Positions 47,403 to 47,780 of a stretch of DNA of 47,780 nt are shown here, in pieces. The position numbers and the translations under genes were made by a program. The notes under the pieces are model-generated. The model was not told the origin of the DNA, did no database searches, and saw only the letters and a list, made by a program, of their open reading frames with translations. The stretch covers positions 1-47,780 of the forward strand of contig JANMQY010000074.1 of the NCBI GenBank assembly GCA_031370785.1, in the 5' to 3' direction. Each line of letters starts with the position of its first letter. Position 1 is the first letter of the stretch. The DNA comes from Candidatus Eiseniibacteriota bacterium. GTDB taxonomy: Bacteria > Eisenbacteria > RBG-16-71-46.

Positions 47403-47537
47403 ACCGCGCCGCCCGGGTTTGATGGTTGAAGATTGCCCGATCGTCGCCGAGCGGCGGCGGTGGATTCGATGAAGCTATCAGACGTAAGGAGCGCACGGAT
47501 GCGAAGTTGGAATCGTCGTCCGTGCTCGGAAGTCACG

Positions 47538-47553
47538 TGGCACATCGGTTGCA
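47538..47553 (+). promoter_or_regulatory. Sigma54 -24/-12 promoter of pilA
   Basis: TGGCAC-ATCGG-TTGCA, a consensus match with GG-N10-GC, 75 bp upstream of pilA and downstream of pilSR. Confidence 0.9.
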
Positions 47554-47627
47554 CTTCATCAGGTATAGAGGGTCACACCATGCAGCCCGATGACCCGGTT
47601 ATCACCTCTCCTAAGGGAGCAAACACC

Positions 47628-47780
47628 ATGAAGAGCAACCAGAAGGGCTTTACCCTGATCGAGCTGATGATCGTGGTCGTGATCATCGGTATCCTCGCCG
47701 CGATCGCGATTCCGAACTTCATCGCGATGCAGGACCGTGCGAAGGAAGGCAGCACGAAGGCCAACATGCACACCTTCCAG
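47628..47780 (+). CDS. pilA: Type IVa major pilin (3'-truncated by the window end; absent from the ORF track)
   Basis: [61 protein letters not shown], with class III signal G|F and E5. Confidence 0.95.
   Translation, partial: MKSNQKGFTLIELMIVVVIIGILAAIAIPNFIAMQDRAKEGSTKANMHTFQ

Noticed and set aside
47628..47780. Geobacter-type conductive e-pilin
   Set aside because: Only F1 and F24 match; mature positions 27 and 32 are Met and Lys rather than Tyr, and the gene is truncated so its length cannot be judged.

Overview
Very GC-rich (roughly 70% by eye) chromosomal segment of a diderm bacterium, with almost every gene on the + strand. It combines FCB-superphylum-type traits (PorU/PorV, FlgD-like/T9SS C-terminal domains, FCB-type M23) with a Myxococcus/Geobacter-type type IVa pilus cluster. 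A GC-rich FCB-related candidate phylum such as Eisenbacteria or Latescibacterota is therefore a reasonable guess, but this is inference only. Gene order: a partial FG-GAP/FN3/CTD surface protein; a minus-strand FN3 lipoprotein with a sigma54 promoter; an M23 peptidase; dnaE-accA; a Trm112-like mini-gene; a compact T9SS-like/outer-membrane biogenesis cluster (porU-like C25 sortase, porV-like barrel, M6 protease with CTD, two paralogous proteins ending in -TRF, NHL propeller, ~1,100-aa barrel, Omp85 paralog); a DinG-like helicase; hutH-hutU-hutI plus a fused FTCD; an SgmX-like TPR protein; a PHP phosphoesterase; an ECF S-component; a putative porin; comEA; and pilB-pilT-pilC-pilS-pilR-pilA (pilA truncated by the window edge). 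The most notable observations are the T9SS-like cluster and a near-identical 16-bp element with a palindromic core upstream of both sigma54 promoters (candidate PilR enhancer and regulon). No rRNA, tRNA, CRISPR array or mobile element was recognised.
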